Source of the DNA: Gekko japonicus
Taxonomy: Eukaryota
Assembly (NCBI RefSeq): GCF_001447785.1
Contig: NW_015171530.1
Location: 124,001 to 188,000 of the forward strand
DNA: 64,000 nt
Direction: 5' to 3'
Positions 1-35,800 of the stretch are shown one piece after another. Each line of letters starts with the position of its first letter. Position 1 is the stretch's first letter. A program made the translations under genes and the position numbers. Under the pieces are notes generated by a model, which was not told where the DNA came from, made no database searches, and was given only the letters and a program-made list of their open reading frames with translations.

Positions 1-545
1 AAACGGGGAGAGGGAACCATCCCCCCTGCCAGCACCTCCTTTTGAAAAGCGGCTGTGATAAGACTGGGATTACAAAATCTACCAAATAGCTCCAGGGGCA
101 AAAAGACTCAGGCCCGGTTGGTTAAATACTTTTACTATTTCAATATTCTCCTTTAACCTCATCTTTACTGAAGAAACATCTTTGTTGCTACTGAATTAAT
201 CCCTCTTGTTTCTACTTTACGGGAGTTAAAAAGATTGCGGTGAATGAACTGTGATGAACAGTTTAAACAGAGAGCGATTTCAACACCCGTGTGAGACTGC
301 ATTTTGTGTTTTGGAAAGACTGATTGTTTCTTGAATATACTAGAGTCTGCATATTGTTCTGGATTACTGGGAAAGATTTTTGGATTTAAAGATGGCTACT
401 GGGACTGCTTTGTAAGTGCGTTTATCCTTGTGAGATTTACAAAAACCACAGTCATAGAGACTAATTTTGCTGGATAAGACTTCTGAGACTGTCTTGAAAG
501 CGTGGACACTTCCAGGAGATTTACAGGAACTACAATCATAGAGAC

Positions 546-894
546 CAGAGGTCATTTCGGGGGGGATCGCAGTTCCCCCGGGTGAGGTACGGGGGGGGGG
601 GCACATGACGAAGCCCTGCCCCCTGCTTCCGGCCACCCCGCTTCCGGCCCTCATTCAGCCAGGAGGAGGCAGGAGAAGAGGGAGGGTAAGTTGCTTCCTC
701 CCTGCCTTTCCCCACCCCTGCCTGGGGCCAGGGAGGGACTTCGCGGGGCTTCCTTGCACTCCCGCCGGCCGGGACCGTTGGGGGCGGGGTGTGTGGCCTT
801 ATGACACACTTCCGGTGATGTCAGGGGGTGTGGCATATGCTAATGAGTTATGCTAATGAGTTCCCCTAGCTCTTTTTCTACGAAATGACCCCTG
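546..894. mobile_element. Non-autonomous hAT-type DNA transposon (family A, TIR CAGRGGTCATTTC)
   Basis: TIRs plus perfect 8-bp TSD ATAGAGAC. Confidence 0.85.
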
Positions 895-1900
895 ATAGAG
901 ACTAACGTTGCTGAATAGATTTAAGCTTGGTTGCAGCATGGAAACGGCAAGGAACCTGACAAGGTAGACATTCCATTCAATATGCAAAGCTTTGGAGTGC
1001 AACTACAGGAGATTATTCAAGACCCAGTTGAACAAGCAATAAAACAAACATTTGATAGACTCTACAACAAGGGACAGACTACACAGATAGAAATTGAAGA
1101 CAAGAGAGAGGAACTACAACATCAACAGACGTCTGTGAAAGAGGAAGATCTCAAGCAAGATGAATTACTACATAGATTCTGCTTTACAACAAAAGACAAG
1201 AGGAGAAGAAACTATATGGAACAAGTTAATAGGTCTATGGAAAACTTGACAACATATTTAACTTTGGGAACGGCAAAGATTAATGCTCAAAAGGAACTGA
1301 TCTACAGATCAACTATTCCAGCAAAAAAGAAGACAAGAAGATATTCAGGTCAGGATTTATCAAGTATCCACATAAAGGACTGTAGATGGGGGGGGGAATG
1401 ACAATTTGGCTTTTATACAAAGAAGAAAAACACAGGATTATGACTTTGGTGGAAAAGAAATTTCAGAAGAAAAAGAAAAGAATGAAACAGCACAAATAGA
1501 ATGGCACAGAGAGTCTTGACTTGTGTAAATGACTAATATGAAGCATAGCTGAATCTTATTGAAAAATTATAAAAATTAGAATTTGAATACAATATAATAA
1601 ATTTGATTCTAAAAGGTTTAACTGAAATAAAACATTAGTTATATTAACTTAAATAACCCTATATATAAAGTACAGCTGTGACCCATTAAGAAAAGTTTTA
1701 TGACATGGTTTTTAAAGGGAATTCACAAGATAGTATAGCAGAAAAAGTATGGTAGTTTAATCTTGTTTTTGTATGCTCCTTTTGAGTAGGTGAGCACACT
1801 GAATAATATAAGTAACGTTGATGCAGTATAACCATGGTAAAAGAAGTACAAAAGTTAGAGAAACATGTTTAAAAAGTGATTATGAACATTATTCCAGTTA

Positions 1901-2468
1901 TGTGACAGCAGCCATGAAATTAAAAGACGCCTGCTCCTTGGGAGGAAAGCGATGGCGAACCTAAACAGCATGATAAAAAGTAGAGACAACACCCTGCCAA
2001 CAAAAGTCCGCATGGTCAAAGCAATGGTATTCCCAGTAGTCATGTATGGCTGCGAGAGTTGGACTATAAGGAAGGCCAAGCGCCAAAGAATAGATTCTTT
2101 TGAACTATGGTGCTGGAGAAGACTCTTGAGAGTCCCTTGGACTGCAAGAAGATCAAATCAGTCAATCCTAAAAGAAATCAACCCTGACTGTTCCCTGGAA
2201 GGCCATATAATGAAACTGAAGCTCAAATACTTTGGCCAGCAAATGAGAAGGGAGCACTCACTGGAGAAGACCCTGATGCTGGGAAAGATTGGTGGTCAAA
2301 GAAGACGGGGACGGCAAAGGATGAGATGGTCAGACAGTGTCACAGATGCAACAAACATTGCATTGAAATTGAGCAAACTTCAGAGGACGGTGGAAGACTG
2401 GAAGACCTGGCGTGATCTGGTCCACGGGGTTGCGAAGAGTCGGACTCGACTGTGCGACTGAACAACAA
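1901..2468 (+). mobile_element. BovB (RTE-clade LINE), 5'-truncated 3' fragment
   Basis: ORF 1952-2461 carries the BovB RT C-terminus (VFPVVMYGCESWT, FELWCWRRLLRVPWTARRSNQSILKEI, LKLKYFG, GRQRMRW) and a short (AAC)n tail. Confidence 0.92.
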
Positions 2469-2811
2469 ATGTAGTTATATTTATATGTAGAATAAAGTAT
2501 ATTGGATTGCTTAGATTAATCTTATTGCTTAAGGCTAGTTTATAGCTAAATACAAATTTTCATTATATAATGTTGCAATGATAATTTTACTGACAAGGGC
2601 AAAATGTTTTAAAAAATAATAACTTTGTAATGGTGACATAGATGATTGACACCTGGAAAATTTATAACACTCCTTTTAATTTTTTTCTTTGTTTTGAAAC
2701 TTAATAAAATTGTTTATATATTTTTTGTTTAAATGTAAACAATGTTGGCAACAACTAATATTCTATAATTTGTTTAATATTGAAGAGTTTTGTGTTTGCA
2801 GCATTATATCG

Positions 2812-2960
2812 AGCAAAGTTTGAGTTCAGTGGCACCTTTAAAACCAACAAAGTATAATTCTGGGTATTCTGGGCATGCACACGAAAGCTGGTCTTAAAGG
2901 TGCCACTGGACTCAAACTTTGTTCTGTTGCTCCAGAACACCACGGCTACCCATCTGAATC
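2812..2960. mobile_element. Penelope-like pLTR remnant forming an inverted repeat
   Basis: CAAAGTTTGAGTTCAGTGGCACCTTTAAAACCA pairs with TGGTCTTAAAGGTGCCACTGGACTCAAACTTTG. Relatives at about 17812-17985, 47817-47955, 45755-45830, 46560-46670, 61918-62000 and 63414-63480. The family assignment is from recall. Confidence 0.55.
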
Positions 2961-3100
2961 TATCAACATTATATAGTTCAACTTAATAACCAAACATACT
3001 GGAAGTCCTAACTACTGTGAATCAGTAAGAGAGTTTCTGTCTAAACAACATCCTTTTTTGATTACCACAGAATTTGGGTGTGTTTTTTTTAACCTTTAAC

Positions 3101-3149
3101 NNNNNNNNNNNNNNNNNNNNNNNNNNNNNNNNNNNNNNNNNNNNNNNNN
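3101..3149. other. Assembly gap (49 N)
   Basis: Run of N. Confidence 0.99.
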
Positions 3150-3770
3150 TGCTGCAGTGGCCTAAGGAATGGCAGTTTGCAACTCTTTCTGACATACTGG
3201 GTATATTTTCAATTTTTCTGATAGACAACAAAGATATTTATACTTCTAAATTCCATTAATATGTGAAACAGTACAATTGTTTATGCAAACTTCATGACAA
3301 ACAATGCGTTTTATGTTGTTCAATCAGTAAAAGAAGTTTAGGTTTGATAGGAAAGTGAGTAATGCATATGTTTCAATTTCCCCCCAAATTTCCATTCCCC
3401 CCCCCCGGGCTTCAAAACGTCTGGATGTGTTCACATCTCCCGTCTTCCACCACATCAGGAAATTTAAAGGAACACGTTCAGGGTATTTAAAGGAACACGT
3501 TCCTTTCCAAGAGGCCCCCATTGCTTCTAACAAATCGCAAAAGGGAGATTAAGCAAGCAGGCCACACTGCATAGTTGTGAGGCAGAGGAAGGAAATGAAA
3601 ACAGAAGGAATGTTACCCAGCTCATGTTTCAAAATAGTTTTTTTTTTTTGGGGGGGGGGAGCAGAAGCAAAGTACCGCTGGCCTGTTACCTGTCCCGGCA
3701 GAAGCCACTCCAGGTTTTGCAATGCTGGGGGTCCCCACAAACTCCGCGTGCCCCCCCCTCTCCCTTTCTA

Positions 3771-26925
<23,155 letters not shown>

Positions 26926-27559
26926 TTTGGATTTCTTCTAGACCTGCAGAATACCTCGCCTGGCTATTTCCTTCTCCTGCCAGGCAAGGGAGCCGTGGAG
27001 TCAGGAGTCTGCTTTGCAAATGAAAACGCAGTAGATTCCTTTGCAACGGCTCTGCCTGGAATTTTTTTTGTCCCCCCCCCCCTTTTGGAAAGAAATCTTA
27101 GACGATATATTTCAAAAATAGGCAACTGCCCATCTCTGGAGAACAAAGCCCTGCTGCATATGAATTCTTGCTCTTTTGCAAAACCTACACAATCTGTCTC
27201 TCTCTGAAATGAAAAATGCAATCTTTATATAAAATTCTTCTTTCTTTTTCTTTTTTTTTTAAGATGAAGCAGCAAGCCACCACTTCGCTTCAGAGTCCAG
27301 GCCCCCTTTCCCAGTCTCTCCCCCCCCCCCCCTTATGGCTGGCCGAAAGGGTTCAATCACCTAAGCTCACTTGGACAGAGGAAATGCAAGAAGCTGACGG
27401 TGAAGAGATGGGGATTTCTTTTTTTTGCATATCAAAAAAGGCACCGGCTCTGAGGTATCTCGGCAGGAGGGACAGGCTGCCTTTCCTCAAAACAAACGTG
27501 CTACCCAGAAACTCTCCGGCAGGACCTGTAGGCAAGCCCCCTCCCCTTCTGTTAGCCCA

Positions 27560-27880
27560 CTTTAAAAAAGTCACCTATGGATTCCTGTCGTTCCAAGGAG
27601 TGCACAATGTATTGTCACTAGCCCGCAATTCCTCCCGCCCCAGCCTTGCCAAAGCAATACGTCGGGTCTGTTGCAAAGAATAAAACAGGAATCATTCCAA
27701 TAAGCTGTGAACTGTCGTTTAAAAAACAAAAAAATGGGGGGGGGGACCTGGTCCCCCCCTCTCTCTCTCTCGCTCTCTATCTAGCCTTGACAACGCAAGG
27801 CAACTGACGGCAGCGTGTGCCTTGGCTAAACCTACGCAGCTGGTCGCTACGGATTGTTCTGGGCTCCTCGGCTGGCCCTT
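27560..27880 (-). promoter_or_regulatory. Probable SEZ6L2 promoter/TSS region
   Basis: Repeat-free region with some CpG upstream of the signal-peptide exon; GC box CCCGCCCC near 27634. The TSS cannot be placed exactly. Confidence 0.35.
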
Positions 27881-30789
27881 TTTTGCAGAATGTAGACGAT
27901 GGATTCCCCACCCCCACCCTAGTGGATGCCGGTGTGGTTTGCAAAGGCAGTCACGGGAAAATAATTACCTGCCCTTAACAAAAAATGAAGAGAAGGGCAA
28001 ATATCTATCTGGCATGTAGAACACACAGCCCTTAGGGGGAAAGGCAGGCTTTTCATTTACAGAACAACAACTTGCAGGTTTTAGCACTCTCTATTTTCGC
28101 AAAGGCTTTTGTTTGACAGAAGAATGTGCAAAATGTATTCATTTGCAAATCCCACCTCCCCTGAAGACTAAAATTTTGGGAGAAACAATAAAAAGAGGCC
28201 CGTTTTGTTCGATTGCACAAAAGTTAATGGTGAGCAGTTAGGCCATGTTAAGAGCTGCAGAAAGTCTGGGTTTGAAACACAACAGGGCTAAAGAGTCATC
28301 CATTTGTTGAAAAGCAGTGCAGCAGTGTGGCCTGTGCCAAGGATAGAAGAAATCACCTTGCAAATGAAGGGCAAGCATCCAAGCAAAAGCAAGGGGCTTT
28401 AGTCAGCACACACCTTTCTCTCTAGGCCAGTTTAAATGCAGGCCTCAGACCTTGCAGGAGTAGTTGGGGGGGCCCCAAATCTCTACAGTTTAGCCATCTA
28501 GGCCAAACCACGTCTGCATTTTGTGCGATGCTCCAGGTTTTCTTTCTCTTGTTCTAAAGCCCAGATTAGTTTAGGAAAAATACAGCCCCCTGGTAACTGT
28601 CTGTTGCTTACCAAGCTGTTACTTCTGCCTTCCTTTCCACCATTCCTAGTGGTCATTTCCCCCTCAACTTCTGCACCCATATGTCCCCCCTCATTGCAGT
28701 GAGAGTCCCTCCCATCTTTAACATCTCGGTAAGACTCTAACTGCCCACCCCCAGCAAGGAGCTACCCTCTTTCCTCCGGGGATACTCAAGATGCTGAACT
28801 AGAAAGAAGATGGGGTGAAAAACGTCAGTTCCTGACATGGATGGATTGGGGAAAGGAGGGAATGTGTGCAGAGGGCTGTGGGCAAGGGAGTTTGGGGATG
28901 GAGTGACAGAGGAAGGGGAGGGTTATTGTGGACACAGCAGAAAGGCTCCAGCAACCTTCCTTCTCGACGGTTGCTATGGGAGGGTGGTTGCTAAGGGAGG
29001 CACTGTGGTTGCCAGGCGGTTGCTAAGGAAGGTACCAGAAGCTGGCAGGGAAGTTGCTAAGGGCAATTCACAGGGAGGTTGCTATTTTCAGGCATGGGTT
29101 GGTGGGGAGTTATGGGGCTGGATGCTGTGTGAGAGGCCCTGGGAAGAGTCGCCAAGGGCACGGGTTTTCTCTCAGGCTCAGTTCCGGGGAGCTTGGCGTT
29201 TCCTTAGACGCTTAACAGCAGTTCCACAAGGTGAAAGCGGCAAGAGTGCAGAAACTCCCCCCAAACACTGCTTGTTCACCATGACAAACATTGCTTCTAC
29301 ATCATGCCGTTATGGGAGCATGTGGGGTTGGTTCCTGGTTTGCATGATGCAGCAGTGAGGCCCTAAGGGCATGTCAGCTTCAGGCCGGATTCACACATGC
29401 AGGCCAGCAAGGTGGGAATAAGGCTGTTACAAGGCTGAGGAGGTAAAACAGACTGTACCACTCAGACTGGGAGATTCCAGCTTTCTTCATTTAACAACAA
29501 CAACAACAAAAATCCATGAAAACACAATACAGCACATGAAGGAAAATATTCTACCCTCTCTCTTACTGTGCTGGTTTTCTGTTTGGAGGGAAGATTTAGC
29601 AGAGGGGGCATTCCAAAACATGAGTGATTGGCAGTCCAAAGTAGTACAGTCCTTCCTAATCCCTGCTCTATCAGCAGATCTCTGCCACCTCATTCCCCTC
29701 TCAGCCTGGTCTAAGCACACGCCCTAGGAAACTTTCTCCAGCCCTTTGGCATTTTTGAAAGTTTGAAAACCACTGATTTTTCAAGGTGCAATTCACTCCA
29801 ATGGTTCTGTCCCTATAGTAGGCCATCCAGCCATCCTGTACCTTAAAAGCTTCTGGGGACTGCTGGAAATGTTTCTACACAAACTTCTAAAATGATCTTA
29901 AGGTTATGTTATGTACTAAGATGGCTATGCCTGGAACTCCACTACATTATAGGTTATTATGTCCCTACTTAATAGGGCTGACAACTGCAGGTGAGGACAT
30001 TCTTGTAGATTTGAGGGTGGGTGCGGTTTGGGGAAGGGAAGGAACTCACTGTGGTATAATGCTATACAGTCCACCCTCCAAAGCAGCCACTTTCTCTATG
30101 GGAATTGATCTGGAGCTGAGTTGTAATTCGGGGAGCTCGCTAGGCCCCACCTGGAGGCTGGCAACCATAGAAGAGATCTTTTCCAGTTTGGCGTAGTGGT
30201 TTTGCAGCTGCTGGATGACCCTGGGCAAGCGATAGTTCTGTCAGAGCTGTTCTTGAAACAGCAGTTCTTGAAAGAGCTCTCTCAGCCCCACCTACCTCAC
30301 AGGGTGTCTGTTGTGGGGAGGGGAAGGGAAAGGAGTTTGTAAACCGCTTTGGGTATAAATCCAATCTCCTCCTCCTCTTTCTACTCCTCCTCTCTCCCCC
30401 TTTTTGTCTTTAACATCCAGGCTGATGAAGAGTTCTGGAGAAGTCAAAGGCTTGTAATGCTGTGCTTTTTAATCCATCTTAATAAAAGGCATTACATCGC
30501 TTTTCTCTTTGGATTTTGCTCTGAAAATGGCTACCAATTTTTAAATGGTGGCTATTTTTTAACATTGTGTAGAGTGGTTGTCATTACAGGCCAGACACTA
30601 TCATGTTTGCTAAAATACAGACTGTGGGGGGGGGGGGGGGGGCCGGGCAGCAAAGCTGTCTGAGGAAGGATTTATTTGGGGAGGGTTGTTAGGGAATTAT
30701 AGGGGATTCTTGCAAATATAATTGGGAGGTGATATGGACCAATATGGCTATGTACTTTGATTTTTAAGGGTCTGCTAAGTGAAGTTAAT

Positions 30790-31140
30790 GGAGCTGTGGT
30801 GGCTCAAGTGGTTAAGATGCTGAATTGCAGGCTGTGGAAGGTCGGTAGTTCAGCAGTTCGAGACCCGGGTGCCGCATGACGGAGTGAGCTCCCGTCTCTA
30901 GTTCCAGCTCCTGCCAACCTAGCAGTTTGAAAGCAAGAAATTGCAAGGAGATAAATAGGTACCACTTCGGTGGGAAGGTAACAGCGTTCCGTGCGCCTTG
31001 GTGTTTAGTCATGCCAGCCACATGACCACGGAAACGTCTTCGGACAGCGCTGGCTTCTTCGGCTTTGAAACGGAGATGAGCACCGCAACCCTAGAGTCGA
31101 ACTCGACTGGCTTTCGAACAAGGGAACCTTTACCTTTTTA
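30790..31140 (+). mobile_element. Sauria SINE, full length
   Basis: Same family; TSD TAAGTGAAGTTAA on both sides. Confidence 0.87.
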
Positions 31141-32840
31141 CTTAAGTGAAGTTAAGCAAAAGATGTTGACAGTGACTCAACATAGGTGGGAGAAAGGCAA
31201 AAGTTACTCAGGGAGGGTCGGTGGGTGTGGCTAGGGTTAAGGTCGTTCACCCAGTGTGCTGGAAAAGGGACTGGGAAAGGAACTGCCGGAGGAGGCTGGT
31301 GAGTGACCCCTCTTCCTCTGTGAGGTTACTTGTGTGGCTCCTTGCTGAGGGGAGGGGGGCTAGAGGAAGGAGCAGTAGGTAGAGTTGCCAGTTCCAGGGC
31401 GGGAGATTCCTGGAGATTTTGGGGCTGGAGCCCGGGGAGGGCAGGGTTTGGGGAAAACTGAGACCTCATAGAGTCTACCTCCAAAGGAACCATTTTCTCC
31501 AGGGGAACTGATCTCTATCATCTGGAGGTCAGTGGTAATACTGGGAGATCTCCAGGCCCCGCCTGGAGACTGGCAACTAGTTGGGGAGGGGGGAACCTGG
31601 GAAGTGGTTGCAACAATAATAGACGGAGACAGGAGAGGTTTCAAGGTTACTGTTCGGGTGGAGTTGTCGCTAGAGGCAGGGTTGCTAGGCCAGTTGCTAA
31701 GGAAGGCGGTTGCTAGGGGGCAGGGATTGCCTGCTAGATACTGGGGGAAGAGGTGGAGCTGAGGTGTGAGCCCAAGCTTGCTGCGGCCTGGGGTGTGTGT
31801 GGAGTGGGGGGGGGGGGGAATAAGCTTGCCAAGGCAGGCCCTGGCCGGCAGCACAACCCCTGCAGGCGGCAGAATGGGTCCTGCAGTTCAGGCACCCACG
31901 GTGGCCACAGGAGGGTGGGACCCTGTCTCTGCCCTTTGCTGGCGAGTCCCATTTCTGATGTGTTTTAACCCACTCACTTCTGGGGTTGGGGGGAGCGGCT
32001 GTTTATTCAAGGGTTCTTCGCCCAGGGCTGGGATGCAGCAGCTATCTGCTGTGGGGGTGGCTCTATATGCAGCGCAGCCTCCTCTCCGGGTGCTGATACG
32101 AGGAAGGCGTCTGCCGACGTCAAAGGGAGGGATGAAGCCAGTGGTGGATGGAAGTGTGTGCGTTGGGGAAGGGGGGGGGGTTTCATCCTAATCTTTTCCG
32201 GATGACTCTGGCGGGCATACGTGAAGCTACGGAGCGATAGAAGAGGAATGAGAGGTGGACCAGGTGATAAACAGCAGCAAAGAGACAACCTGGCAACGTA
32301 GGAGGGCAGGACAAAAGTGTCAGAAGATGGAGTCCCTGGGAAGGCAGACAAGGAAAGAGGTTGGGACAGATTAGGGGTAACCTGGGAGGGAGGGAATGAA
32401 GGCCTAGAGGAAAGGAGGTATAATTTTTTTTTGGGGGGGGGGACTGGAGTAGCAAGTGCAAAAGAGGGGATCCCTGGGCTAGAGAAAGAAGGACTTGGAA
32501 AACTGGATGAGTGGAGATGTAGCAGAGGTCGGATCGGCAGGGGGGAATGGGGAGAGAAAGGAGCTTGGGCGGCAGAATATGCCAGCGGAGCAGAGGGAAC
32601 GCGGTGGCAGCGAAAGAGGCCGAGGAGGAGAGGCTGAATCGATGGTGCCTGAAGCCAGAGACAAAACCATACTAGAGACGTGAGGAGGAGCGAATCGGTG
32701 CAGTGGCTGAGTGAAGTCCCGAAAGAGCAACACCCATCATAGCGCACCACCGGGTTAAAGGGGCGCCGGGCAAGAGCTATGGCATGAGAGGGCCAGAGAG
32801 GTGCACAGAGGCTCATGGGGTGCTCTAAGCCTGCCTGAAG

Positions 32841-35800
32841 ATGCCCTGCATCATGTCCGACTGGGGTCTCCACGGCCTCCTCTCGCCACTCCTCCCCGAC
32901 ACCTCGTCTTGGCGGCCCCGGCCAGAGCCCACCATAGCTGTTCTGGGTTCCCTGGCATTGCTGTTTATCTGTTCCTGCTACCGTGTAGGGAGCGGCCAGG
33001 CAGCCCCCGCCTCTCACCAGCCGGGAGCACCCACAGAGGAACGATGCCCTCGCCGTGCCCTCCAGAGCGATGCCGTGAACCAGCGCCTGTATCGCAGCCT
33101 GCGAGATTACGCCAAGCGCTACTCGTGGTCCGGCATGAACCGACTGCACAAAGGCATCCGAGACCAGGCCCATTACCAGCTGGGGGAACGCCCCGCCATC
33201 CAGAAGCCCAGCACCTTCTATCTCCCCGATTTGCCCTCTGCCCCCTACTTCCCCCGGGAGTCCCAGCGCCACGACGTAGAGATCCTCGAACTCAGTTATG
33301 CAGCCATCTTGCGCGAATTCGAGAGCATTGCGTGGGACTTTGCACCCGGGACACCGATACCACGGGGATGGACGGCCAACGCCACCCCTGGCTGGCATAG
33401 CTATTACCTCTACCGGCAGGGGGAGTGCATGGCACAGAACTGTCGCAGCTGCCCATGGACCTACCGGGCACTCAGTGCCCTGCGCACCTTTGTAAGCGCC
33501 AATCGCTTTGGAAATGCTTGCTTTAGCGTCCTGCAGCCGGGAACCGTGTTGCCGGGGACCTATGGGCCAACCAACACCAGAGTGCGGTGCCATCTAGGTA
33601 AGCAAACTCTGGGGGGGGGCAGTGAGGTGGGGGGAGCTTGGTGGGGAGACGGCGTGAGTGTGTGTGTGTGCGTGAATGCTAGTAGTGCTAGTGGTCTTCT
33701 TTCCTGGGTGTCTCTGTGGTCCAGTTGTTGACCTTCTCCTTAAGCAGAAGAGGGGACTTAACTGTTTTTAAAGAAGAAGGAGAAGGAGAGATTGGATTTA
33801 TGCCCTGCCCTTCACTACCTGAAGGAGTCTCAGGGTGGCTTACAATCTCTTTTCCCTCCCCCTCCCCACAACAGACACCCTGTGAGGGAGGTGGGGCTGA
33901 GAGAGCTCGTTCCAGAGCTGCTCCTGAGAGAAAAGCTCTGAAAGAACTGTTACTGGCCCAAGGTCACCCAGCTGGCTGCATGTGGAGGAGTGGGGAATCG
34001 AACCCGGCTCCCCCAGATTAGAGTCCGTGCTTATAACCACTACACCAAACTGGCTCTCCACCAAATGAGGCCTCCCCTTAGGTCATTAGCCCTCTGCCCA
34101 GTCTCCTCAGATCACGGAAGCTGAGCAGGGTCAGCCCTGGTTAGCCCTTGGATGAGAGACCACCAAGGAAGTTCAGGGTTGCTACACGGAGGCAGGCAAT
34201 GGCAAGACCCCCTCTATGGGGTCGCCATAAGTTGACTGCAACTCGATGGCATTTTCCACCACCACCAAGTCCTCTGTCTAGTTGGCTCTGGTGGTTGGCC
34301 TTGAATCTGGGAAACATGGGTTCAAGTCCTGCCTTTGCCCCAGGCAAACTCTGCAGCTTTGGCCAGGCCACCAGCTCACAGCCTCAGTTCCCCTTATGCA
34401 AGACAGGCATGGGAATGACCTCCCTACGCCAGTTTGGTGTAGTGGTTAAGTGCATGGACTCTAATCTGGGAGAACCGGGTTTGATTCCCCACTCCTCCAC
34501 TTGCACCTGCTGGTGTGACCTTGGGTCAGTCACAAGCTCTGGCACAGCTGTCCTTGAAAAAGAGCAGTTTGGGTCAGAGTTCTCTCAGCCCCACCCACCT
34601 CACAGGGTGTCTGTTGTGGGGAGGGGAAGGGAAAAGGAGTTTGTAAGCCGCTCTGAGACTCCAAGTGAAGGGCGGGATATAAATCCAATCTCTTCTTCTT
34701 CTTCTTCACAGGGCTTGTTGTGAAGGCGCACTCATTCCGTGTCAGAAAGTAGTCTTGCAAATGAAAAGTGTGGTAGCATTGATGAGGAGTAGTAGATTGG
34801 ATGGATGAGTGAATGAGTAGACTTTTGCTACTCATTCAGTGTGGTGTAGCACGGACTCCATTCAGGGAGGACCAGGGTTTGATTCCCGACGCCTCCACAT
34901 GCAGCTGCTGGTGCGACCTTGGGTCAGTCATAAGTTCTTTCAGAGCTATTCTCTCAAGGGCAGTTCTCGAGAGAGCTCTCTCAGCCCCCCCTAACCTCAC
35001 AGGGTGTCTTTTTTTTGGGGGGGGGGGAAGGGAAAGGAGATAGTGAACTGCCCTGACACTCCTTCAGATTGTGAAGGGCGGGATATAAATCCAATCTCTT
35101 CTACTACGTCTTCTTGCTCTCTGCAATTCCCAAGATGTTTCTTCCACAGGGTGGCTTCTGCAATCCAGTTGGACCAGCTGCAATCCAGTTGACACCATAC
35201 TTCCAATGAGGCAGATTCCGATCCATAAAAGTTTATGTCACAACAGACCTATTTGTCTTTCTGGTGGTAAAAGATTCCTTGATGGTCTCGTGCAGATTGT
35301 GAAATCCTTCCTTCTTTTTTAAACAAATTGTTACTCACCAGATGCATGGGGAAACATGCACTAGCCACAAAAAGTTGCCACATGCAGATGCCCCATTAGG
35401 GGTACCTGTCTTCCTAGCCTCCCGTCAGATGTTCCCTCCAGTGTTCCCTCTAAGCTGAGTTAGTGTGAGCTAGCTCACAGTTTTTTAGCCTCCAGCTCAC
35501 ACATTTTTGTCTTCGCTCAGGAAGGACGGCTCCAGAGCATGCCGTAGCCAAATCGCTCGCTCACAACTTTAATGCCAGTAGCTCACAAAGTAGGATTTTT
35601 GCTCAGAGGATTCCACGGTTTAGAGGGCGCATGGCCCACCGCCCACATTTCTTCCTGCCCAGACATTTGCAAGTAACAGCAAGAAGACAATGCCCCCTTC
35701 CCACAAAGTCAGAGGATCACCATACAGTGTACAAACTGAGCATACCCAAGCACAATAATCTCCATGTGTTGACCGCCTTTGAACAAAATTGGGGGTGTGT

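Noticed and set aside
32007-33593. 528-aa ORF on the - strand
   Set aside because: Antisense shadow of the GC-rich ASPHD1 exon 1 and a purine-skewed upstream region; no recognisable domain.
34096-34170. 5S rRNA gene
   Set aside because: Partial and diverged, and fused to a repeated non-5S body, so it is a SINE head.
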